Shown: positions 1 to 9,909 of the stretch, piece by piece
How the letters are laid out: the number at the start of each line of letters is the position of its first letter
Numbering within the stretch: position 1 is the first letter of the stretch
NCBI GenBank assembly: GCA_051313645.2
Contig: JBNRSN020000018.1
Coordinates: 54,870,001 to 54,934,000 of the forward strand
Source of the DNA: Centroscyllium fabricii
Lineage: Eukaryota
Length of the DNA: 64,000 nucleotides
Direction: 5' to 3'
The notes under the pieces: model-generated
Databases searched by the model: none
Told to the model about the DNA's origin: nothing
The model's input: only the letters and a program-made list of their open reading frames with translations
Position numbers and translations under genes: made by a program

Positions 1-632
1 AAGGCCTGCAGATCAGCACCAGCAGCGCCCAACTCCAGGTACAACAGCGCAGCCTGTGAAAGCTCCGCCAGGCCTCAGGTAAGCTGCAATAGCAGCGCGA
101 TCCAGCGACGGTCCGGGGGTAGAAGGAAAGCGACCCCATCTCCCACCCTGATGCGGCAAAGGCCGGCTGCACCCACGGCACGCCAAGCTCAGCCACGGCC
201 GGCCAAGCGCGACCCCCCAACGCCAGCGGCAGCCCCAGCGCGGCCCGCTGCGTGCGAACCACGGGCACCGCCAACCCAACCACCGCGGCTCGCTGCGTGC
301 GAACTACGGGCACCGCCAACCCAGTAACCACGGCCCGCTGCGTGCGAACTACGGGCGCCGCCAGCGCACTCACAGCGGTCAGCCGCGTGCGAACCACGGG
401 CGCCGCCATCTTGTCTCCAGCGGCCCGCCATGTGCGACCCCTCGGCGCCGCCATTTTGTCTCCAGTCCCCCACCATGTGCGAGCCAGGGGCGACGCCATT
501 TTGTGTACAGCCCCAACCAGCAGGGGGCCCCCACACACAAAGGCACACTTCGGCCTCAGCCATACCCAAAGTGGACCAGGCTAGGCCACACAACCTTTCT
601 AACTCAATCATGCCGATTAAAATTAACGGCCA

Positions 633-909
633 TGTGATAAACCATTTATCACTTGTATATAGTAGCTATCATGTATTACGATGTAACCATGTAAATACCT
701 GTACTATGATATGATGACTGGGACATACCCAGGTTGGCTCCGCCCATAACTCCTCCCTCCCTGGGAGGAGGTATATAAGTGACTGCTCCCATCCCCCCAG
801 CCATACCTGGGGACAGTCAACTAGCTGGTGCATGTTCCAGTGTAGTTAATAAAAGCCTATTGTTTCTTCTACTAACTACTCGCTTCCGAGGCCGTTATTT
901 CAGGTCACA
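633..909 (+). repeat. 5' LTR of copy A
   Basis: Direct repeat of 6477-6753; TATATAA at about 772, AATAAA at 848. Confidence 0.97.
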
Positions 910-925
910 ATTTTATTAACTACTT

Positions 926-1792
926 TTGAAAATGGATACTATGCTCAAGCCGGCAACGTTTGAAACGGATCCCCGATCACCAGGAGCATCAAATGCCTTT
1001 ACACACTGGCACAGTGTCTTCGATGGATACCTCAGAGCAAATGCAGCGGTTGTGGTGACCGATGAGCACAAACGGCGGCTCCTCAACGCCCGGGTGGGCC
1101 CTCAAGTGTACTCTATGATTGTGGACGCCTCATCTTTCCAGGAGGCCATCAGGATCCTCAAAACGGAGTACAATCGGGCACCTAATATTGTTCACGCTAG
1201 GCATATCCTTGCCACCAGAAAACAGCAACCCGGTGAGTCAAGCGTGGAGTTCCTAAGAGCTCTTAGAATATTGTCAAGGGACTGTGACTGCAGGGCGCTA
1301 ACGGCCCCTGTTCATGCTGATTGCCTCATTAGAGACGCCTATGTAACAGGCCTCAGGTCAGATTACGTGAGACAGAGACTGCTGGAGCAAAACGGTGCCG
1401 ACCTGCAGGCAACTGTGGATCTGGGGCACGCGCTGGATATGGCCTCAATGAACTTATCATCGTACTCGAGTACGTATGCGGGCCCAGCCCCCCCATCTTG
1501 GATAATGCCAGCGCAACGACCGGCAGAAGATTTAATTGCAGCTGCCCATGCGAAAACGGCTGCCAAATGTTACTTTTGTGGACAGTCTCAGCACCCGAGA
1601 CGTAACTGCCCTGCTAGAGAAGCGGTCTTCTCGAAATGTGGGAAGAAAGGACATTATGCAAAGGTCTGTAAAGCGACCACCACAAAATTGAAACCGGGCA
1701 GCGCCGCGTGTGGAACATGGGAGCAGCCATATTGGGCTCACCCATCCCCCACTCAGCATCCCTCGTGGCAGCAGCAGCAGCAGCCATTTTAG
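926..1792 (+). CDS. gag: Gag of copy A, with a zinc-knuckle region
   Basis: CYFCGQSQHPRRNC knuckle plus a degenerate second knuckle (FSKCGKKGHYAKVC). The TAG at 1790-1792 is in frame with pol. Confidence 0.9.
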   Translation: MKMDTMLKPATFETDPRSPGASNAFTHWHSVFDGYLRANAAVVVTDEHKRRLLNARVGPQVYSMIVDASSFQEAIRILKTEYNRAPNIVHARHILATRKQQPGESSVEFLRALRILSRDCDCRALTAPVHADCLIRDAYVTGLRSDYVRQRLLEQNGADLQATVDLGHALDMASMNLSSYSSTYAGPAPPSWIMPAQRPAEDLIAAAHAKTAAKCYFCGQSQHPRRNCPAREAVFSKCGKKGHYAKVCKATTTKLKPGSAACGTWEQPYWAHPSPTQHPSWQQQQQPF

Positions 1793-2994
1793 ACTCAGCC
1801 TCCCCCTCCACAGTACACCACATGGCGGCAGCCATCTTGTGGACCGGCCCTGGAGGACTACTCGCCGGATCAACAGGACTCGGAGGACCCGATTTTAGCA
1901 TCAATGACCATCGACCAGGACAAGACGCAACCGCTGGAAAAATCAATGATGCCAGTGGAAGTTAACGGCCAAACGGTGGTGTGCCTGTTCGACAGCGGGA
2001 GCACAGTAAGTTTCATAAACCCTAACACTGTAAAGCGCCTCTCCCTCAAAGTAATCCCTGCACGCCAGAGAATAGCTATGGCTTCAAAGTCTGAATCTGC
2101 TGACGTCACCGGGCGCTGCGTTGTAGCACATAATGTCCAGGGCGCGATGTTTAATGATTTTAGTTTTTACGTGCTGCCGCAGCTCTGCGCCCCCTTACTC
2201 CTGGGACTGGATTTCCAGTGCCATCTCCAGAGCGTTACTATGGCGTTCGGTGGACCCCTTCCCTCACTCACGGTCAGAAATCACAGCCCAACGCTGTACC
2301 CCCAACACACTACCTGTGGCCTCTCGACCCTTAAGGTTGCCCCCCCATCCCTCTTTGCCAACCTCACCCCAGACTGCAAGCCCGTCGCCACCAAGAGTAG
2401 GCGCTACAGTGCTGGGGACATGGCATTTATAAAATCTGAGGTGCAGCGCCTCCTAAAAGAGGGGGTAATAGAGGCCAGTAATAGCCCCTGGAGAGCGCAG
2501 GTAGTGGTAGTAAAAACCGGAGAGAAGAACCGGATGGTTGTGGACTACAGCCAGACCATAAACCGGTTCACCCAACTAGATGCCTACCCCCTCCCCCGGA
2601 TAGCGGACATGGTGAACCAAATCGCCCAATTTAAAGTGTTCTCAACGATTGACCTAAAATCTGCTTATCACCAGCTTCCCATCCGCTCAGAGGACCGTCT
2701 CTATACTGCCTTTGAGGCTGACGGTCGCCTCTACCACTTCCTTAGGGTTCCGTTTGGCGTCACGAATGGGGTCTCGGTCTTCCAAAGGGAGATGGACCGA
2801 ATGGTTGATCGGTACGGGCTGCGAGCCACTTTCCCGTACCTCGATAATGTGACCAGTGTTGGCCGTGAGCGCGCTAAATGAGCGCGCGTTCAGGAACGCG
2901 TTCACATTTACGTGAACGCCGAACGAGCGGCTCTTTCCCGACAGCGTGAGCGAAAATCTGAGCGCCGCTCTGTTTGGAGTGAGTGAGCGGCGCT

Positions 2995-3115
2995 CTCCCA
3001 GGTATGTGACGCCGAACGCATGCGCAGATCGTCTCCCAGGTATGTGACGCCGAACGCATGCGCAGATCGTCTCCCAGGTATGTGACGCCGAACGCATGCG
3101 CAGATCGTCTCCCAG
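2995..3115 (+). repeat. 38-bp tandem repeat x3 inside the hAT element
   Basis: CTCCCAGGTATGTGACGCCGAACGCATGCGCAGATCGT at 2995, 3033 and 3071. Confidence 0.95.
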
Positions 3116-3154
3116 CGACACGAGTCCTGAAGCCATCGGGACGGGAGCGGTGAG

Positions 3155-3345
3155 TGCTTTGCTTTGCTTTGCGCTTAGCTTTTGGTTTTGATTTTGGTTT
3201 TGGGTTTTGGCTTTGGTTTTTGGCTTTTGGTTTTTGGCTTTTGCTTTTGCTTTTGGTTTTGGGTTTTGGCTTTGGTTTTTGGCTTTTGGTTTTGGTTTTT
3301 GGCTTTTGGTTTTGCTTTTGCTTTTGGCTTTTGCTTTTCTTTTTT
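3155..3345 (+). repeat. (TTTTGG/TTTTGC)n microsatellite inside the hAT element
   Basis: Seen directly. Confidence 0.95.
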
Positions 3346-3559
3346 TCTTTTCTCTCTATCTCTCTCTATCAATCAATTCAATTCAATTCAAATAGCTTTA
3401 TTGGCATGAATGGTATCAACCGTTGTTGCCAAAGCATTGCAATATACAAAAATAGTACATCAATAGCAACAATACAAACAAAATAAGTATAACATTTAAC
3501 TGGACCCAGGAAAGCCCCTCTTGGAGATTCGTATGTTGGGCATCCGGATACACTTTATA

Positions 3560-3945
3560 ATCAAGTACATTGTATTCCAGGATTATTTTTTCAGTATTGT
3601 ATTCCCGGTACGTCTTATATTCCATAGGCTGTATTGCCGGTATTTCTTATATTCAGTACATTGTATTGCCGGTCTTTCTTATATTCATTACATTCTATTC
3701 CTGGTATTTCTTATATTCAGTACATTGTATTCCCTGTATGACTTATATTCAGTACATTGTATTCCCTGTATGACTTATATTCAGTACATTGTATTCCCGG
3801 TACAGTTTATATTCATTACATTGTATTATTATTCCCGGCTCATCCCACTCTTAGTACATAGTATTCCTGGTATGTCTCATATCTCTATCTCTCTCTATCT
3901 CTCTCTCGCTCTCTCTATCTCTATCTCTATCTCTATCTCTCTATC
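3560..3945 (+). repeat. Minisatellite (TTATATTCAGTACATTGTATTCC-type units) followed by (TCTCTA)n
   Basis: Degenerate tandem units seen directly. Confidence 0.85.
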
Positions 3946-6476
3946 TGCGGGGCTGGGTTGATGGGGAGTTAAACGTTTTTTAACTCCCCATCAACTTTAA
4001 TGGGCTGTAGCAATGATTGGGGGCTGTCAGTGGATGGATAAGAGGATGTTCTATTGAAAAATAATAGCTCGTGGCAGCGCATTAAAAGAAAAAAAAAAAA
4101 AACGAACTTTGAACTGGTTCATTTTTGAGCTGCGAACTTAAGTTCAAAATTCAAAATTATGAACTATGAACTTGAACTAGTTCATTTTAAAATGATTGAA
4201 CTGAACTTTGAGCTAGCTCTTGTTACGTGTGAACTTTCCCAACACTGAATGTGACCATCTGCGGCCATGATCAGCAGGACCATGACGCCAATCTCCAAAA
4301 ATTTCTCCACACAGCCAAAACGCTGAACCTAACTTACAACACAGATAAATGTGTATTCAGCACAGGTCGCTTGGCCATCCTCGGCAGCGTTGTGGAGAAT
4401 GGAGTCATCGGTCCAGACCCGGACCGCATGCGCCCCCTCATGGAGCTTCCCCTCCCCCACTCCCCCAAAGCCCTTAAACGGTGTTTGGGATTTTTCGCCT
4501 ACTATGCCCAGTGGGTCCCTAATTATGCAGACAAAGCTCGCCCACTACTCAAATCGACCTCTTTTCCCCTTTCTGCAGAAGCCAACTCGGCGTTCTGCAG
4601 AATTAAAAACGATATTGCCAAAGCCACGATGCACGCTGTAGATGAGTCCGTCCCATTCCAAGTGGAAAGCGATGCATCGGACTTTGCCCTGGCCGCCACC
4701 CTTAACCAGGCGGGCAGACCCGTGGACTTCTTTTCACGTACCCTCCAAGGCCCCGAAACCCGTCACTCCTCAGTCGAGAAGGAGGCCCAGGCCATTGTTG
4801 AAGCAGTGCGGCACTGGAAGCACTACCTGGCTGGCAAACGTTTTACCCTGTTGACTGACCAACGATCAGTCGCTTTTATGTTCAACAACAAAGAGCGGGG
4901 TAAAATAAAGAACGACAAGATATTAAGGTGGAGAATTGAACTCTCTGCGTTCAACTACGATATCTTATACCGGCCCGGGATATTTAACGAACCCCCAGAT
5001 GCCCTATCCCGCGGTACCTGTGCCAGCGCACAGGCTGACCGTCTCCAAACCCTTCACAATGACCTCTGCCACCCGGGGGTCACCAGGTTGGTTCACTTTG
5101 TGAAGTCCCGCAACCTCCCCTACTCTATCGAGGAGGTCAAGACCCTGACCAGCAATTGCCAGGTCTGCGCAGAGTGCAAGCCGCACTTCTACCGGCCAGA
5201 CCGGGCGCACTTGATCAAGGCCACTCGCCCCTTTGAACGACTCAGTGTCGATTTCAAAGGGCCCCTTCCCTCATCAAATAGGAATGTGTACTTCCTTAAT
5301 GTCATAGATGAGTACTCCCGCTTCCCCTTCGCCATTCCCTGCCAGGACATGACCTCCGCCACCGTCATCAAAGCCCTTAACAGCATCTTCTCCCTGTTCG
5401 GCTATCCCAACTATATCCATAGTGACCGGGGGGCCTCTTTTATGAGTGACGAGCTGCGTCAGTTCCTGCTAGCGAAAGGCATCGCGACTAGCAGGACTAC
5501 CAGCTACAACCCCCGGGGGAACGGACAGGTAGAGAGGGAGAACGCCACCGTCTGGAAGGCCATCCAATTAGCCCTACGGTCTAAAGGCCTCCCAGTCACC
5601 CGCTGGCAGGATGTTCTCCCTGAAGCGCTCCACTCTATCCGGTCCCTCCTGTGTACTGCCACTAATGCCACCCCTCACGAACGACTTTTCGCCTTCCCCA
5701 GGAAGTCGGCTTCCGGGACCTCGCTACCATCGTGGCTACTAACCCCGGGACCGGTCCTACTACGGAAGCACGTGAGGGGACACAAGGCAGATCCCCTAGT
5801 CGAACGGGTCCACCTCCTGCACGCCAATCCCCAGTACGCATACGTAGCGTACCCTGATGGGAGGGAGGACACCGTGTCTATAAAGGACCTGGCCCCAGCC
5901 GGAGTCCCCAAACCCTGTCCCGCTCAGCAGCCCAAGCACCCAAGAAGCCCCGCTCAGCAGCCCGCGCACAAAAGAAGCCCCGCTCAGCAGCCTGCGCCCC
6001 CAAAACATCCTGTGATGCTCCCCCAGCCACCGACGCCAGGGTACGCTCCCCAGCACGTGGACCCAGTACCCCAGTACGCCCGCACGGCACCTGCACGCAG
6101 CACAGCGTGGCCTCCAGCTTGGATCCACAGAGCGTGCCCCCTAGAGTCAGAGGACGAAGGAGAGAGCGCGCCCCCTGCTGTCAGAACAAGGGCATCACCG
6201 CCACCCAGAAGTAGCGTTACAACAACAACAGCTACCGTCCGTCAACCGGCGCCGGCACCACTACAGCAACCGACACGGCCAGCCACGCCGCGACCACGAA
6301 CACCACAGGCAACACCAGCGGTGCGAAGATCGACGCGGATATCCAAACCGCCTGCAAGACTTAACTTGCAGATGAAAGAACTTTTACTGTTTATTAAAAA
6401 AAAAAAAAATTTTTATTTCCTTTTTCACTCACTGGCCGTTCACCCCGCCGGACTTTCGTTTTAAAGAAGGGGTGAA

Positions 6477-6753
6477 TGTGATAAACCATTTATCACTTGT
6501 ATATAGTAGCTATCATGTATTACGATGTAACCATGTAAATACCTGTACTATGATATGATGACTGGGACATGCCCAGGTTGGCTCCGCCCATAACTCCTCC
6601 CTCCCTGGGAGGAGGTATATAAGTGACTGCTCCCATCCCCCCAGCCATACCTGGGGACAGTCAACTAGCTGGTGCATGTTCCAGTGTAGTTAATAAAAGC
6701 CTATTGTTTCTTCTACTAACTACTCGCTTCCGAGGCCGTTATTTCAGGTCACA
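6477..6753 (+). repeat. 3' LTR of copy A
   Basis: Direct repeat of 633-909, preceded by the PPT. Confidence 0.97.
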
Positions 6754-6885
6754 GGCCATATTACCAATTGTCTGTTTGACACTGGAAGCACGGAGAGTTT
6801 TATACACCCCGATACAGCGCAGCGCTATGGACTGCAGATCCTGCCCACGAACTACCAAGTCTCCCTGGCTTCACAGTCCCACACC

Positions 6886-9606
6886 GTGGACGTCACCGGC
6901 TACTGCTCCGTCACGCTCACAGTCAAGGGTTGCGTGTACCGTAATTTAAAATTGTACACCCTCAAGCAGTTGTGTGCCCCAGCCTTACTAGGTCTGGATT
7001 TCCAGTGCCACCTCAAGAGCGTGACAATGGAGTTCGGCGGGACCTTGCCCCACCTCACCGTCAGTAGCCGGGACAGTCCCTTTCCAAAGCAGAGCCCGGC
7101 CTGCGGCCTCTCCACCCTGAAAATCGACCCCCCATCACTGTTCGCCAACCTCGACCCCAAGTGCAAACCTATTGCTACAAAGAGTCGGCGGTACAGTGTG
7201 GGGGATCGCACGTTTATCAGGTCGGAGGTCGGGCGTATGCTGAAGGAGGGGATAATTGAAGCCAGTACCAGCCCCTGGTGGGCCCAGGTAGTAGTGGTGA
7301 AGTCTGGCGAGAAACAGCGGCTGGTTATCGATTACAGCCAGACTATCAACCGCTACACCGGGCTCGACGCCTACCCCCTCCCCCGCATCTCGGACATGGT
7401 CAATCAGATCGCCCAATATAAGGTGTTCTCCACGATCGACCTTAAGTCGGCGTATCACCAACTCCCGATCCGGAAAGCCGACCGCCCGTACACCGCCTTC
7501 GAGGCGAACGGTCGGCTCTACCACTTCCTCCGGGTCCCCTTCGGCGTGACCAACGGAGTGACAGTGTTCCAACGGGAGATGGACCGCATGGTTGACCAGA
7601 ACGAGTTGCGGGCCACTTTCCCTTACCTGGACAACGTGACCATCTGCGGCCACGACCAGCAGGACCACGATGCCAATCTGGCCAAATTCCTTGACACGGC
7701 AGATAAGCTGGACCTTACGTATAACAAGGACAAATGTGTCTTTAATACAGACCGGCTCGCCATCCTCGGATACGTGGTGGAGAACGGGGTCCTCGGCCCC
7801 GACCCACAGCGTATGCGCCCCCTACAAGAACTGCCCCAACCTCACAACCCCAAAGCCTTGAGGAGATGCCTAGGATTTTTCTCCTACTACGCACAATGGG
7901 TCCCACAGTTCGCGGACAAGGCTAGACCACTCCTCAAGGCTGCCGTCTTCCCCCTCTCGGTAGAAGCCCAAACGGCATTCGCCCGGATAAAGGAAGACAT
8001 CATCAAGGCGACCATGCTCGCTGTTGATGAAACCATTCCCTTCCAGGTGGAGAGCGACGCTTCGGACTTTGCCCTTGCTGCCACCCTGAATCAGGCAGGC
8101 AGGCCCGTAGCGTTTTTCTCCCACACCCTACAGGGACCCGAAACTCGCCACTCTGCAGTGGAAAAGGAGGCCCAGGCCATCGTGGAGGCCGTGCGCTACT
8201 GGCGTCATTACCTGGCCGGTAAGCGTTTTACCCTTCTCACCGACCAACGGTCGGTGGCGTTTATGTTTAATAATAAACAGAAGGGTAAGATCAAGAATGA
8301 TAAGATCCTGCGGTGGCGGATCGAACTCTCGACTTACGAGTATGACATTCTTTACCGACCAGGTAAACTCAATGAACCCCCGGACGCACTGTCCAGGGGA
8401 ACGTGCGCCAGTGCCCAGCTAGACCGGCTGAAGGACCGCCACGACCGCCTTTGCCACCCGGGTGTCACCAGACTCGCCCACTTTGTTAGATCCCGTAGCC
8501 TCCCCTACTCCATCACGGAGATCAAGGCTATGACCCGAGAGTGCACTGTCTGCGCCGAGTGCAAACCCCAATTTTTCCGGCCAGACACGGTGCACCTCAT
8601 TAAGGCCACCCGCCCCTTTGAACGTCTAAGCGTGGACTTCAAAGGCCCCCTCCCCACCACCGACCGCAACTTATACTTCCTCACGGTCGTAGATGAGTTC
8701 TCCCGCTTCCCCTTCGCCTTCCCCTGCGCAGATATGACGAGCGTAACGGAGATAAAACACTTCACCACGCTGTTCGCCATTTTCGGTCTCCCCAGCTACA
8801 TCCATAGCGACCGGGGGTCATCGTTCATGAGCGATGAACTGCGTCAGTTTCTGCTCCAGAAAGGGGTTGCCACGAGCAGAACGACCAGTTATAACCCCCG
8901 GGGGAACGGCCAGGTAGAAAGGGAGAATGGGATCATCTGGAAGGCGGTCACCCTGGCTCTGAAGTCCAGAGGCCTTCCAGTGGCCCATTGGCAGGCAGTC
9001 CTCCCAGACGCGCTGCATTCAATACGCTCTCTCCTGTGCACAGCCACTAACGCCACCCCTCATGACTTGATTTTTTCCTTCCCCAGGAAGTCGACTTCGG
9101 GGACAGCTCTTCCTCCATGGCTCACGACACCGGGGCCGGTCTTCCTTAGGAGACACGTCCGTGGCCACAAGACCGACCCCCTCGTGGACAAGGTGCAGCT
9201 CCTGCACGCGAATCTGCAATATGCCTTCGTGCAGTTCCCAGACGGGCGCGAGGACACCGTCTCCATCAGGGACCTGGCACCCGCCGGGAGCACCACAGCA
9301 GAGCCCCTGGTCGGGCAGCAGCCCGCCCAGCCACAGTATCTAGAACACCCCCTGCATCTACGATGGCCTCCGAGGTATCCAGAGCCCCAGCCGTGGCCAG
9401 CCCAAGACCACCATTCCAATGGCTCGGACCAATTGAGACCACCAGCATCCGAAATCACGGCACCAGAGCCGCTGTCACCACCACCGGACTCGAGCAGTAC
9501 GGAACACGGCGAACCTTTATCGGAGCCCCGGCGGTCCTCAAGGCTGACACGACCGCCGGACAAGCTCATAATGAACTGCTCTATCCATTCACCCCGCCGG
9601 ACTTAA
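6886..9606 (+). CDS. pol: Pol of copy B (end of PR, RT, RNase H, IN)
   Basis: 906-aa ORF; RT FPYLDNVTICG; integrase HDRLCH...CTVC, SVD, SDRG, VER. Confidence 0.93.
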   Translation: MDVTGYCSVTLTVKGCVYRNLKLYTLKQLCAPALLGLDFQCHLKSVTMEFGGTLPHLTVSSRDSPFPKQSPACGLSTLKIDPPSLFANLDPKCKPIATKSRRYSVGDRTFIRSEVGRMLKEGIIEASTSPWWAQVVVVKSGEKQRLVIDYSQTINRYTGLDAYPLPRISDMVNQIAQYKVFSTIDLKSAYHQLPIRKADRPYTAFEANGRLYHFLRVPFGVTNGVTVFQREMDRMVDQNELRATFPYLDNVTICGHDQQDHDANLAKFLDTADKLDLTYNKDKCVFNTDRLAILGYVVENGVLGPDPQRMRPLQELPQPHNPKALRRCLGFFSYYAQWVPQFADKARPLLKAAVFPLSVEAQTAFARIKEDIIKATMLAVDETIPFQVESDASDFALAATLNQAGRPVAFFSHTLQGPETRHSAVEKEAQAIVEAVRYWRHYLAGKRFTLLTDQRSVAFMFNNKQKGKIKNDKILRWRIELSTYEYDILYRPGKLNEPPDALSRGTCASAQLDRLKDRHDRLCHPGVTRLAHFVRSRSLPYSITEIKAMTRECTVCAECKPQFFRPDTVHLIKATRPFERLSVDFKGPLPTTDRNLYFLTVVDEFSRFPFAFPCADMTSVTEIKHFTTLFAIFGLPSYIHSDRGSSFMSDELRQFLLQKGVATSRTTSYNPRGNGQVERENGIIWKAVTLALKSRGLPVAHWQAVLPDALHSIRSLLCTATNATPHDLIFSFPRKSTSGTALPPWLTTPGPVFLRRHVRGHKTDPLVDKVQLLHANLQYAFVQFPDGREDTVSIRDLAPAGSTTAEPLVGQQPAQPQYLEHPLHLRWPPRYPEPQPWPAQDHHSNGSDQLRPPASEITAPEPLSPPPDSSSTEHGEPLSEPRRSSRLTRPPDKLIMNCSIHSPRRT

Positions 9607-9626
9607 AATTTTCAAGAAGGGGTGAA

Positions 9627-9902
9627 TGTGGTAACCCATATTATATATACGATTACCACTGTAATATTGTCGCCAACATTGGCTTTGTATGATACACCGC
9701 TTTGCAACACTGTCGTGGAGCCAGGTCAGCCACACCTCTAACTCCTCCCCCAGGTGAGGCCTTTATAGGTGAGGACTGACCGGGGCTCCCTCATTCTGTT
9801 CTGATGTTCGTTCGGAGGGTAGCTCCAAAGTAAGTTAATAAAAGCCTATAGTTAAGGTCACTACTCGTTTTGTCTTTTATTAAGACAATTGACAATACGT
9901 CA
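9627..9902 (+). repeat. 3' LTR of copy B
   Basis: TGTGGTAAC...ACGTCA after the PPT; similar to the LTRs of copy H. Confidence 0.9.
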
Positions 9903-9909
9903 CATGTGA

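Larger units (their letters stand above)
2854..4247. mobile_element. Non-autonomous hAT-type DNA transposon, about 1.4 kb
   Basis: TIRs CAGTGTTGG/CCAACACTG; perfect 8-bp TSD AATGTGAC at 2846-2853 and 4248-4255; subterminal GAGCG/GAACG repeats (left) and GAACT repeats (right); no transposase ORF. Confidence 0.92.
1793..6464 (+). pseudogene. pol: Pol of copy A (PR-RT-RNase H-IN), split by a hAT insertion at 2854-4247
   Basis: LFDSGS protease; RT FPYLDN|VTICG rejoins across the insertion; RNase H ESDAS/EKE/TDQ/DALSR; HHCC zinc finger and D,D,E integrase. Confidence 0.93.
633..6753 (+). mobile_element. Full-length Gypsy LTR retrotransposon copy A (YLDN lineage), nested in copy B
   Basis: 277-bp LTRs at 633-909 and 6477-6753 (TG...CA; one difference seen). 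5-bp TSD GGCCA at 628-632 and 6754-6758. PPT 6463-6476. Domain order gag-PR-RT-RH-IN. Confidence 0.97.
1..9902 (+). mobile_element. Gypsy LTR retrotransposon copy B (YLDN lineage); 5' end lies outside the window; interrupted by copy A at 633-6753
   Basis: Gag-protease linker at 1-632 resumes at 6759 with the protease region. Pol ORF 6886-9606, PPT AAGAAGGGGTGAA, 3' LTR 9627-9902 (TG...CA). Closely similar to copy H (57824-62682). Confidence 0.95.

Noticed and set aside
2995-3115. 38-bp identical repeats as a CRISPR array
   Set aside because: Head-to-tail with no spacers, no cas genes, eukaryotic context.
3180-3310. TTTTGG tract as telomeric repeat
   Set aside because: Not the vertebrate TTAGGG; mixed with TTTTGC and inside a transposon.
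3154-3961. Hydrophobic or Lys-rich ORFs (FGFGF.., KPKTK..)
   Set aside because: Translations of micro- and minisatellites.
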